In this document: positions 36,717 through 45,883 of the stretch, in pieces
How positions within the stretch are numbered: position 1 is the first letter of the stretch
Layout of the letters: each line of letters begins with the position of its first letter
Assembly (NCBI GenBank): GCA_000993405.1
Contig: LBWB01000008.1
Span: 26,325-90,324 of the forward strand
DNA length: 64,000 nucleotides
Origin: Candidatus Woesebacteria bacterium GW2011_GWB1_39_12
Lineage (GTDB): Bacteria > Patescibacteriota > Microgenomatia > UBA8517
Reading direction: 5' to 3'
The notes under the pieces: model-generated
What the model saw: only the letters and a program-made list of their open reading frames with translations
Told to the model about the DNA's origin: nothing
The model's database searches: none
Translations under genes and position numbers: made by a program

Positions 36717-37589
36717 GTGGCAGATATTTTGGATAAAAGCGTCATTGAAAATCTTCTGAAAGAACATAAAATTTCAGCCATCTTTCATTTGGCAGCACTC
36801 CTTTCTAGCGCAGCCGAAAAAGATCCCGAGCGTGCACACGAGGTAAATGTAAATGGAACCATGGCACTTCTTAGTAACACTCACCGTGTCGCTTCAAGCG
36901 AAAAAAGGGTAATTAAATTTATTTTCCCGAGCTCAATCGCGGTCTACGGCATCCCCAATATTGATACAAAAAACAGAGCAAAACCGGTCAACGAAGATGA
37001 ATTCAATACCCCAATTACAATGTATGGAATAAACAAACTTTATTGCGAAATGTTGGGAGAATATTACTTAAAGTATTACAAATCACTGAACACTGAACAC
37101 AGTTCACTTAATCTCGACTTTCGCTGTCTAAGGTTTCCCGGAATAATAAGTGCCTTGACTGTTCCTTCCGGTGGAACGAGCGACTATGCGCCGGAAATGA
37201 TTCACTCCGCAGCTCAAGGAAAAGGCTACGAAACATTTGTCCGTCCCGACACGATCATTCCCTTTATGGTAATGCCAGATGCCGTAAAAGCATTGATTCA
37301 ATTAAATGAAGTATCTAGAGAAAAGCTAACAAAAAATGTTTATAACGTAACGGCGTTCAGCACGACAGCGGGAGAGATCGCGGATCTTGTTAATAAAGTA
37401 TTTCCTGATTCTGCGATAAGTTATAAACCTGATTCAAACCGTCAAAAAATCGTCGACTCCTGGCCTTCCAATATTGACGATTCTGCTGCTCGAAAGGACT
37501 GGGGGTGGATTCCCGATTACGATATTCAAAAAGCTTTTAATGATTACTTAATTCCCGAAATACAAAATAGATACAATAATGAAAAATAA
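36717..37589 (+). CDS. tdh: L-threonine 3-dehydrogenase, SDR/epimerase type. Annotated GTG start; N-terminus anomalous (see finding).
   Basis: The 290-aa frame resembles UDP-glucose-4-epimerase-like TDH. The same frame stays open upstream to a TGA at 36561-36563 and encodes 'ICHGLIPALSELKKYNIVALDIRE', TDH N-terminus-like but lacking GxxGxxG. There is no ATG/GTG/TTG before 36717. Confidence 0.6.
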   Translation: MADILDKSVIENLLKEHKISAIFHLAALLSSAAEKDPERAHEVNVNGTMALLSNTHRVASSEKRVIKFIFPSSIAVYGIPNIDTKNRAKPVNEDEFNTPITMYGINKLYCEMLGEYYLKYYKSLNTEHSSLNLDFRCLRFPGIISALTVPSGGTSDYAPEMIHSAAQGKGYETFVRPDTIIPFMVMPDAVKALIQLNEVSREKLTKNVYNVTAFSTTAGEIADLVNKVFPDSAISYKPDSNRQKIVDSWPSNIDDSAARKDWGWIPDYDIQKAFNDYLIPEIQNRYNNEK

Positions 37590-37700
37590 TGCCGCCAGAA
37601 ATTTTCCGCCAGAGGCGGACAGGGATTTCGACGAATTTTAATCCCGTGTGTTTTTTGACTTGCAATTGTCGAGTGAATTCAATGTGTTGCAAAAACCGCC

Positions 37701-37718
37701 CCTCAAAGTGTTTTGAGG
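37701..37718. terminator. Bidirectional terminator-like hairpin between convergent tdh and gdh
   Basis: CCTCAAA-gtgt-TTTGAGG followed by 'taagcttttt' on plus, and preceded by 'caaaaaccgcc' (T-run on minus). Confidence 0.4.
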
Positions 37719-37849
37719 TAAGCTTTTTGCATTTATGAACGAGATAATAAGCAATTCATAAAAACACTAGGGTGTATTTTCTTGATTACTTCTTTGTACA
37801 AGCAAAGAAGTAATAAGCTGTTTCTTTGGTAAGTAAAAAAGTAACAATT

Positions 37850-39103
37850 CTATACTCTCCCCCTTAAAATCATTGCGTCGATTATTCGCTTAACTGCCAT
37901 AAGGTAAGCCGCCTTTCGATACGAAATTTTCTTTATCTTTACTAAATTATCGATCTCGGTAAAAGCTTTTTCCAAAATACCTTCAAGTTCCTCGTTAACG
38001 TGCTCTTTTGTCCATCTGTAACCATGCAGATTTTGGACCCATTCAAAGTAAGAAACAGTCACGCCGCCTGCGTTACACAAAACATCTGGCAGAATATCTA
38101 CTTTCTTTGATAAAAGAATTTCCTCCGCTTCAGGAGTTGTGGGACCGTTTGCCATTTCAAGAATTACTTTTGCTTTGACATTTTTGACGTTTTCTTTATT
38201 TATTGCATTCTCAAGTGCGGCCGGAACTAATATATCAACATTAATAGTTAATAGTTCATCGTTTGTTAGTTCATTGTATAAACCCAAGACAGAACCCGTT
38301 TTTTCTTTGTGAATCATAACCTTTTCTACATCCAAACCTTTAGGATTATAAACTCCGCCACTTGAATCCGAAACTGCAATAACTTTGTATCCAGCCTTTT
38401 TGGCCAACTTCGCAAACCAAAAACCTACATTTCCAAAACCTTGAACCGCAATACTTGTTTTTTTGTTTTTCAGTTTCTTAGTTTTTAAGTATTCATTTAA
38501 AACATAAAATCCGCCCTGTCCTGTTGCTTCCTCGCGGCCGAGAGACCCACCCAACTCAATTGGTTTTCCTGTAAAAGTAGCTGGAGCATGATAACCAATT
38601 TTTCTTTCATAAGCCTCAAGCATCCAGGCCATTTCGCGTCCACCTGTATTAACATCCGGCGCGGGAACATCCTTCCATGGACCAATATAAGGAGTTAGAA
38701 ATTCGGCATAAGCATAACAAAGTCTTTGAAGCTCAGTTTCGCTTAACAGTTTTGGGTCAATTATTATTCCTCCCTTTCCTCCTCCATACGGTATTCCGAC
38801 AGTGGCACATTTTATGCTCATCCAAGTCGACAATGCCTTCACCTCGTCTTCAGAAACTTGAGGGTGGAAACGAATACCTCCTTTGAATGGTCCCCTTGCG
38901 TCGTTGTGCTGAGACCGATAAGAGATAAAAGATCCAATCTTTCCACTGTCCATTCTTAAACTTAAACTTTTTCTTAATACTCTTTGAGGCCTTTTAAGCT
39001 TTTCGACAGCCTTTTTGAAAAGTTTTCTATCTGGATATTCCGCCATCAAAAGATCTGCAACGTCATCAATTTGTCTTTTCGCATTTGTAAATGCCGAAGT
39101 CAT
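37850..39103 (-). CDS. gdhA: Glutamate dehydrogenase (Glu/Leu/Phe/Val dehydrogenase family)
   Basis: Catalytic lysine block 'GGGKGG', 'KGGIRFH' and 'QGFGNVG' nucleotide-binding motif. 417 aa. Confidence 0.85.
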   Translation of the reverse strand: MTSAFTNAKRQIDDVADLLMAEYPDRKLFKKAVEKLKRPQRVLRKSLSLRMDSGKIGSFISYRSQHNDARGPFKGGIRFHPQVSEDEVKALSTWMSIKCATVGIPYGGGKGGIIIDPKLLSETELQRLCYAYAEFLTPYIGPWKDVPAPDVNTGGREMAWMLEAYERKIGYHAPATFTGKPIELGGSLGREEATGQGGFYVLNEYLKTKKLKNKKTSIAVQGFGNVGFWFAKLAKKAGYKVIAVSDSSGGVYNPKGLDVEKVMIHKEKTGSVLGLYNELTNDELLTINVDILVPAALENAINKENVKNVKAKVILEMANGPTTPEAEEILLSKKVDILPDVLCNAGGVTVSYFEWVQNLHGYRWTKEHVNEELEGILEKAFTEIDNLVKIKKISYRKAAYLMAVKRIIDAMILRGRV

Positions 39104-39119
39104 AGGGTTAATAATACCA

Positions 39120-39695
39120 CTACTTTACCACCAATCGAAGAATGTTAGTTAAAGAAGCCTGATTTAAATGAATAAACCAAATAAGATAAATCCAAATTAC
39201 TGGATAGACAACAAAGTTCTCAAACCATTTACCGGTTTTTATCCTCATTTTTCTTATAGGTGGAATTCCAAAAGAAATATTAAGTGGAAACAATAGAGGT
39301 AGTCCCTCCTCTGTCAGACTATCAGCCAAAAGGTGAGAGAGATATCCAATCATTATACTTGCGAGGACTATCTTCGTGTTCAAAAAACCTGAGTTTAAAA
39401 CTAATGGAAGTACGAATTCTAAAAGCTTATAGATGGCAAATACACCAATTAGAGAATGTGTCAGGGTTCTGTGTTTGTAAAAAATTCTTCTGAAAATGCG
39501 ACCAAGATTATGCCCGGAGGGGAGCATTTCCCAAAGCCGATTTCCGGCTTGGTCAAGATCCGGAAGAAGTGCTCCAACATCCGCACCAATTACAGACACC
39601 ACCAATGTGGTCAGATTTAGATTCTCCGGAGGAAAGAATGCAGCAAAAGTTACAAGAGAAGCGAAAGCAAATGCATCATGTGTCCTGGCAGTCAT
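39120..39695 (-). CDS. Membrane-bound metal-dependent hydrolase (YdjM/DUF457-like)
   Basis: 191 aa. Multiple TM segments with a conserved His pattern ('THDAFAFA', 'HRTLTHS', 'SHLLADS'). Confidence 0.5.
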   Translation of the reverse strand: MTARTHDAFAFASLVTFAAFFPPENLNLTTLVVSVIGADVGALLPDLDQAGNRLWEMLPSGHNLGRIFRRIFYKHRTLTHSLIGVFAIYKLLEFVLPLVLNSGFLNTKIVLASIMIGYLSHLLADSLTEEGLPLLFPLNISFGIPPIRKMRIKTGKWFENFVVYPVIWIYLIWFIHLNQASLTNILRLVVK

Positions 39696-39764
39696 GTTTT
39701 TTGGTAATCAACATTACTTTACTTTCTGCAAATATCATAGTCAAACTGAATGACTTTCAAAAAA

Positions 39765-41543
39765 TTATATTTTCTGATCCTCCCACATTTTAGCAAATAC
39801 CCCATGCTTATTTAAAAGATTATCAAAACTGCCCCGTTCTACTACTTTACCCCGATCAAGAACTACGATTTTATCCATTGCCTTAATCGTTGAAAGGCGA
39901 TGTGCAATAACAATAGTCGTAAACTTATGCATAAATCCTTGTAAGGCTTTTTGAATTTCCTTTTCCGAATGCGCATCCAAATGCGAAGTGGCCTCGTCCA
40001 AGAGTAGTATGTCGGGCTGGCGAAAAAGTGCTCTGGCAATACCAACGCGTTGTCTTTGACCTCCTGAGAGTTTAATTCCCTTTTCACCCACAATAGTATT
40101 TACACCTTGGGGTAGTTGTTTTACCACATCATCGAGGTGTGCCATTCGGATTGCCTCGTGGAAAAGTTTGGGCTCTAAGTGAACTCCATCAACCGCTGCT
40201 ATCTCTATATTCTCCTTTAAAGTCATATCAAAAAGTTCAGTATCCTGAAGTACAACTGCGACATGATTAATGTAAGATTGTCTCTTCATCCCCTTCAAAG
40301 AAATATTATCAATTGAAATATCACCTTCATAATCTTCGTATAAATCCAAAAGTAGCTTAAATAACGTAGACTTTCCTGCACCTGAAAGCCCAACAATGCC
40401 AATCTTCTCACCACGTTTAATTGTTATTGAGATACTCTTTAAAGTTTTATTTTTCTTGTAAGCAAATTTTAATTTATTAATTTTAATCTCTTTCCACTCT
40501 TGGGGATATTCAACTTGCGCCTCAACTTTGGCGGGAAGTTCAATGTCAGGTTCAGTCCGTAAAATTGTCATAGTCCGCGACACCCAAATTTTCGCAAGAG
40601 CAAGCTGCTGAGTAACATCTGTCAATTCACGGGTAGAAGTTCCCACTTTCTGAAATAGGCCAATAAAGAGAACTAGTAAACTTATGTCGCTTCTTCCACT
40701 TACTATTCCCCATGCAAGTACTGCTATAACAACAAATTCAAAGATAGCCTCATACATTAGTAAGACCCCGCCCCTAAATTGAAATAAAAATACACGCCGG
40801 CGAATCTTTTGTATAAGAGGGGTAATATGCCTGCTGATAATACTAATCATCCCTTTGTCTATTGATAATGCTTTTATGGTTTGAATATTGTTTAGGGATT
40901 CAAAAGTTATTCCGCCCAAATCCTCAAAAGCCTTATTTACTATTCGCTCTTGGGTCACCGCGCGCTTAAGTAAGTAGTTACCAATAGCGAAATATGTTGC
41001 AATGAAAAATATCAGACTAAGGCTAAGAGTTTTCTCCAGAGTGAAGAAAATAAGAACTATCCCGACAATGTTTACTGCAACTTCTATTAATACATCAAAA
41101 ATCCGTCGAATTGTTACATTAATTCCATCCAAACCTTTATCTATACGTTTCATCTTGTTACCACTGTTTTCCTTTTCCTGCCAGGTCAAATCTAGTTTGA
41201 AAATATGAGAAAGGCTTTCTTTATAAATATCAAGAGAAGCTTTTTCAGCCACCTGGTATCCAAAATATTTAGAAAGGTTATGTGCAAATCCGTAGTACAA
41301 AGTAACTAAGCCCCAAGTGACTAATATTGAAATAAGATCCTGCGGAACTTCAAAAGATTGTTGATTTGAAAGTATTAGTACGATTCTGCTAACCGCCCAC
41401 GCCGGATAAAGACGTGCAAGATCGCTAGTGAATCGGAAAAATATTCCCACAAAAAACTGACCGCGATATGGCGAAATATAATGTGCTAAATCACGTATAA
41501 ACATAAAGAGTGTGTATTTTTTCACTTGATCCATACTTAACAA
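39765..41543 (-). CDS. ABC exporter, fused permease/ATP-binding (MsbA-like)
   Basis: Six-TM N-terminal domain. Walker A 'GLSGAGKST', signature 'LSGGQRQRVGIARAL' and Walker B 'LLLDEATSHLD'. Confidence 0.75.
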   Translation of the reverse strand: MLSMDQVKKYTLFMFIRDLAHYISPYRGQFFVGIFFRFTSDLARLYPAWAVSRIVLILSNQQSFEVPQDLISILVTWGLVTLYYGFAHNLSKYFGYQVAEKASLDIYKESLSHIFKLDLTWQEKENSGNKMKRIDKGLDGINVTIRRIFDVLIEVAVNIVGIVLIFFTLEKTLSLSLIFFIATYFAIGNYLLKRAVTQERIVNKAFEDLGGITFESLNNIQTIKALSIDKGMISIISRHITPLIQKIRRRVFLFQFRGGVLLMYEAIFEFVVIAVLAWGIVSGRSDISLLVLFIGLFQKVGTSTRELTDVTQQLALAKIWVSRTMTILRTEPDIELPAKVEAQVEYPQEWKEIKINKLKFAYKKNKTLKSISITIKRGEKIGIVGLSGAGKSTLFKLLLDLYEDYEGDISIDNISLKGMKRQSYINHVAVVLQDTELFDMTLKENIEIAAVDGVHLEPKLFHEAIRMAHLDDVVKQLPQGVNTIVGEKGIKLSGGQRQRVGIARALFRQPDILLLDEATSHLDAHSEKEIQKALQGFMHKFTTIVIAHRLSTIKAMDKIVVLDRGKVVERGSFDNLLNKHGVFAKMWEDQKI

Positions 41544-41629
41544 TATTATATCCCAAACTTAATTTATTCTCGATTAAAATCTAGGGCTAAAAAATAAAGT
41601 TACACAAAGGAGTTAGAAGACTTACTTAC

Positions 41630-42025
41630 TTACTTAGAGTACTCAAGGTAAAGCCTCTCTCTATCTTTTTCCAATTTTTTAATCTGCGTCATAATATTTT
41701 CCAACGCTTCCGTAAGGTGTGGTTTTTTACTAAAGTCAAGCATATTATTTACCTCAGCCCATTGAGTTATTAAGTGGCTATGTCTATTGTCCAATGCTTG
41801 GCGAACATATTGAAATTGGATATGCCTTGACAGGCCATTCCACTCGGCAAATGTTGCCAAAAACTCAGGGTTGTATTCACCTAACTCAATAGCCTTGGCC
41901 AAGGTCATTGAAACAGCTGTTGAAGCAGATTTTTGTGACGGTTTTTCAATACTTCCTTCTTCTTCAAATCCCATGACATTCTTTGCGGACTTGAGTCCGC
42001 TATCCCTTCTAAAAGAGAATGACAT
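41630..42025 (-). CDS. Hypothetical protein
   Basis: 131-aa ORF with no recognisable motif. Confidence 0.3.
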   Translation of the reverse strand: MSFSFRRDSGLKSAKNVMGFEEEGSIEKPSQKSASTAVSMTLAKAIELGEYNPEFLATFAEWNGLSRHIQFQYVRQALDNRHSHLITQWAEVNNMLDFSKKPHLTEALENIMTQIKKLEKDRERLYLEYSK

Positions 42026-42090
42026 ATCAAAGTTCGATTCATCTCCGAGCTGAAAGCTCGGAGTTTTCTCGAAATTTGTTATAAGTAAGT

Positions 42091-42507
42091 TTAATCAATT
42101 AAATTCAATTTTTTAAGTCTTGGAATAACTTCGTGTTCAAAAATAGAGCCAACTTTAATTTCTTTAGGAACCTTAGATGAAAGCCATAAGATTTTTTCAA
42201 CCTTGTATCCATGAGAAATTTTTCCCAAATGTTTTTTTACTAAAAAAACATTCATATGAACCGTCCTCTCTTCTTGACCAGATGCTGGAGCATGGAAGTG
42301 ACCAAATTCCTCAAGATCTTCTTCTTTTACTTTGATATGAAACTCCTCATCTAGCTCTCTAATTAAAGCTTCCTCTGGTGTTTCACCCTGCTCGATTTTT
42401 CCGCCTGGAGAAATAAAATATTCTTTATCAACATCCTTTTCAACCAACAGTCTTCTACTCCTAATTATTATTCCTGCAGACTTATAAATATCTCGATTAT
42501 CATTCAT
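42091..42507 (-). CDS. NUDIX hydrolase
   Basis: Nudix box 'GGKIEQGETPEEALIRELDEEFHI'. Confidence 0.7.
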   Translation of the reverse strand: MNDNRDIYKSAGIIIRSRRLLVEKDVDKEYFISPGGKIEQGETPEEALIRELDEEFHIKVKEEDLEEFGHFHAPASGQEERTVHMNVFLVKKHLGKISHGYKVEKILWLSSKVPKEIKVGSIFEHEVIPRLKKLNLID

Positions 42508-42513
42508 AACTAA

Positions 42514-44153
42514 TTATATATTACCTCGGCATTTTAATTCTGGGTTTGTTTCAAAACCCTTAAAAATAACTTTCCCTTGCTCATCTTTTAATTCATAAGC
42601 CTCGGTTAGTTTGTGTTCCTTAGCCTGACCTTCTGAAATTGAAAGTTCATCTCCCACCAATATTTGTTTTACACACGGGTCTTTTTTCCATTCAAAAGCA
42701 CGTACTTCTATATTTGAAAATCTGTAACTCGTTTCCGGGGGCAGCGAGCGATAATAATCGTTTTTGTAAATCGGACTAACCTCCTTTTGATAGATGGCTG
42801 GAGGATAATTCAGATAATATAAAAGTAAAATATAATTTCTTGGATTTCTGGTATTATCAATTACAAAACTGGAATTAGGATTTCTTTTTATGAAATCAGA
42901 AACCTCGGAATATCCATAATTCCAAGCAGTAGCACGCTCTATTGGAAATAATACAAAATAAGAACGATAAAGGAGGATCAAAGAATACAAAGATAAGAGG
43001 ATAAAAGTCAGCAAAGCATACCTCCAGTTTAACTTAATCCAGATAAAATCTAACCCCAGACCTATGACAATAATCAAAGGCAGTAAAAACGGTAATGCTC
43101 TTTGAATGGAAATAAACTGTCCGGAGAAAACTGCGGGAATTAAAGATGTTACAAAAAGAAGTAAAACAAATTTGTAACCAGTTTTTTTGATTGAAGTGAA
43201 AAGAAGATAAATACCGATTAAAAAAGGTATAACCAGAAAGTTGTACATTACGGAAATTCCAGGGATGGTATGCTGCATATCTATATCGGAAAGCTCGTAA
43301 AAAAGATTCCTGGGAGAAATGTAAGTAAACGTTTGATTAATAATACTTGATACAACCTAGAAATGTAAGTAAACGTTTGATTAATAATACTTGATACAAC
43401 CTGGCTTGAATTCTGCTCAGTCAGTCTTTCATTCTTAACCCAAAACGCAGGAGTATTAAGGACAAGAAAATTCGGAATTTGCAAAAGTATGATTACTAAA
43501 AAAGACAGTTTTAAAAACCTAAGATTTCTTTTTTGAAAAACTAATTTTCTAAAAACTAAAAAGTAAAAAGTAAGAAAAATCGGAACAAGATACCTCTGGG
43601 TGTGTGCCGCATAAGTTGATAAAGACAAAAAGATAGATCCCCAAATTAAATTCTTAGGGTTTTTAAACGCTATGTAGACAAAATAGATTCCTATGTTAAA
43701 CAGGAGGTACGCTAAGGTAACTTCGTATCCAAGCCTTGCATTGAAAACGAGCCATGGACTTATCGCGTAAAAAAAGGTAGCAAAAAATAAAGTAATCGAA
43801 GATTTGAATATATTAAGTTTTTTAATAAGAAAAAAGAAAAAAACAATACTAACCAATGCGGATATAGCAGATATGCTTCTGAAAATAAAAGGTTCCATTC
43901 CGAAAAATGTTATAAAAGGCACTGATAAGTAAATAAATAAGGGCGGAGTGTAAGAGCCCAAAAGTCTAAACAAAATGGGGTATTGTTGTGCAAAAATATC
44001 CTTTCCGGTTTGAAGAATCGAAATGGCGTTATAAGCAATTGTTGCCTCGTCGACATAAAATCCATTAGGAATAGAATTTAATCTATAAAAGTAGACAAAT
44101 CCGGCAAATGTAAGAATAAGTAATAATATAAGAGCCGAAAACTTTCTAGTCAT
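42514..44153 (-). pseudogene. GT-C family glycosyltransferase (ArnT/PMT-like, GT39/GT83), one ancestral gene split into two ORFs by a 44-bp tandem duplication
   Basis: The upstream ORF 43281..44153 has many TMs and 'FYVDEATIAYNA' (the first-loop DE motif of PMT/ArnT-type GT-C enzymes). The downstream ORF 42514..43278 continues the TM domain and adds a soluble C-terminal domain. Removing one copy of the 44-bp repeat restores a single continuous frame ('...TFTYIS-PRNLFYELSDID-MQHTIPGISVMYNF...', ~529 aa). Confidence 0.75.
43315..43402. repeat. Perfect 44-bp x2 tandem duplication (frameshifting) inside the GT-C gene
   Basis: 43315-43358 and 43359-43402 are identical ('agaaatgtaagtaaacgtttgattaataatacttgatacaacct'). 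44 is not a multiple of 3. One copy reads in frame as QVVSSIINQTFTYIS; the second copy is read in a different frame as RLYQVLLIKRLLTF, and translation then runs out of frame into a stop. Confidence 0.9.
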
Positions 44154-44710
44154 ATTTTTCTATCAAATCTTAAAATCTTTGCAAGTCCGATAAAAATAAA
44201 GAGATCAATGAACGGAAAAAGAACAAATGGTCCATATTTCCCATGGATGCCAAGGATAGTAATAAGTAAAAAGGAAAAATTGATAAATCCAATTTGTAGA
44301 CGATTTTTTTTCTCAATAAAAAGAAAACCTCCATATAGAAAAAGAGGAAATGTAAGGAAGTTGAAGTAATTGGGGAAATAGAGATTCACGTCTACGGCGT
44401 CGAAGAAGTTTTTCTCGACCCTTTTAATAACCTGTATTTCTTTTTTTCGCTCCAATATATAGCCAAATCTTGCAAGTTTAGGGGGGTAAATGTTCATTCT
44501 TTGGATCTGCAAATCCAGTTCACTGGCACTAAATCTATAGACTTCCTTCAGATTTACCGATTTGATTTGAATAATAGCAATTATCGTGAATAAGATAATA
44601 AGAACTAAATTTACAAAAGATTTTGGTCTGTAAAAAGAAATAGCAAGAAAGACAAAAGTCAAAAAAACTAAAGCACCTAGAAAAATATTTTGGGAGAAAA
44701 TATCTAGCAT
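44150..44710 (-). CDS. Hypothetical polytopic membrane protein
   Basis: 186 aa, about 5 TMs. It is translationally coupled (4-nt overlap) to the GT-C gene. Confidence 0.35.
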   Translation of the reverse strand: MLDIFSQNIFLGALVFLTFVFLAISFYRPKSFVNLVLIILFTIIAIIQIKSVNLKEVYRFSASELDLQIQRMNIYPPKLARFGYILERKKEIQVIKRVEKNFFDAVDVNLYFPNYFNFLTFPLFLYGGFLFIEKKNRLQIGFINFSFLLITILGIHGKYGPFVLFPFIDLFIFIGLAKILRFDRKI

Positions 44711-44786
44711 CCTGCATCAAGATTGTATATCGATTAAATTCCGAAGTCGAATAAAAAACTCCACTTGATTTGATGCAGTATAATTA

Positions 44787-45296
44787 ATGAATATGAAAAT
44801 AGCTGCCCTATTTTTAATAGCTTTCGCAATCGCATTGTTATCAAATACCCCAGTTGTTCGTGCGAGTATAAGCAATAATGTAAGGGCAAGTAGTTCAAGT
44901 GGAAACGGAGGCAACTCCAGCGTTAACGTAAATATAAAAAATAATGTAAATACGGGAACCAACACTTCTTCGTTTACCTCACAAACAAAAACTCAAGTTG
45001 ATATTAGCCAAACCGGCGAAGGAACATCTTCAGTAAATATAAACGGCAAAGAATGGAAACTTGAAGGCCCAGGAGAAATTAATGTTAATGAAAATTCTGA
45101 TTCAAATAGCCCAACACCAACGTCGGCACAAAATCCTACTTTAACCCCAACCGAAACGCCATCTCCTACACCAGAACCTACACCCGAAGTATTAGGAGAA
45201 AGCGACAAAGAAACATCATTATCTCTCGGTGAGTTAGTAGAAAACTTCTTCAAATCTCTTGAGCAATTCCTCACCAGAATTTTTAATAGGTCTTGA
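44787..45296 (+). CDS. Small secreted protein with S/N/T-rich region and PT-rich linker (possible short paralog of the repeat family)
   Basis: Signal peptide 'MNMKIAALFLIAFAIALLSNTPVVRA'. 'SSSGNGGNSSVNVNIKNNVNTGTNTSS' resembles the start of the module in paralogs A-C. Also 'SPTPTSAQNPTLTPTETPSPTPEPTPE'. Confidence 0.45.
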   Translation: MNMKIAALFLIAFAIALLSNTPVVRASISNNVRASSSSGNGGNSSVNVNIKNNVNTGTNTSSFTSQTKTQVDISQTGEGTSSVNINGKEWKLEGPGEINVNENSDSNSPTPTSAQNPTLTPTETPSPTPEPTPEVLGESDKETSLSLGELVENFFKSLEQFLTRIFNRS

Positions 45297-45379
45297 TTCT
45301 CTCTTTTTACTCACCCCTTGGGACTAAAACAAGTTCACACTCCGGGGAAGATTCAAGGGAATAATTTATTATAACTATT

Positions 45380-45712
45380 TCAGTCTTTTACTTTGTAAGT
45401 TACTCCCCTTGTTTTACCTGCCTTTATTATAAAGCCTTCTTCCTGCAGCTTTTTTAAATCATAATGAAGAGTTTTTGGATTAACTGCCAAAAATCTTCTT
45501 GATATAAAATCAAAAGAGCAAAAAGGGTAATTCTTAATAAAAGTACAAATTTCCTTTCTCCTAAAGTAAGGAACAAATAACTTAAACTCCTCAAACGTAA
45601 AAGGATTGCCTTCTATTCTTGCCGAGTAAACAGCGCTTTTCAGTATTGCCTCTTTCTGTAGCTCCTTGAATTTTTTCTCACTTATAACAATACTTTTCCT
45701 ACTCCTACTCAT
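45380..45712 (-). CDS. Small winged-helix protein with Fic_N-like SxxxEG motif (Fic core absent)
   Basis: 'AVYSARIEGNPFTFEEF' resembles the [S/T]xxxE[G/N] motif of the Fic N-terminal helix. The C-terminal 'VNPKTLHYDLKKLQEEGFIIKAGKTRGVTYKV' is wHTH-like. There is no HPFx[DE]GNGR. Confidence 0.35.
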   Translation of the reverse strand: MSRSRKSIVISEKKFKELQKEAILKSAVYSARIEGNPFTFEEFKLFVPYFRRKEICTFIKNYPFCSFDFISRRFLAVNPKTLHYDLKKLQEEGFIIKAGKTRGVTYKVKD

Positions 45713-45883
45713 AAAATCTAGACTATGTTAGAAAATATTGGAAGAAATTGGAATATATTAAAATTAATTCGGATGGACTTGAGGATAGTGGCAACGTTTG
45801 AAATGTGTTTTAAATAGGGTACCGCATAGATTCTTCTATTATCCTTCCACTATTTTAGATCAATCAAAATTAACAAATACGAA

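Noticed and set aside
44717-44965. 82-aa minus-strand ORF overlapping the secreted-protein gene 44787..45296
   Set aside because: It is antisense to an ORF with a clear signal peptide, has no features, and is likely spurious.
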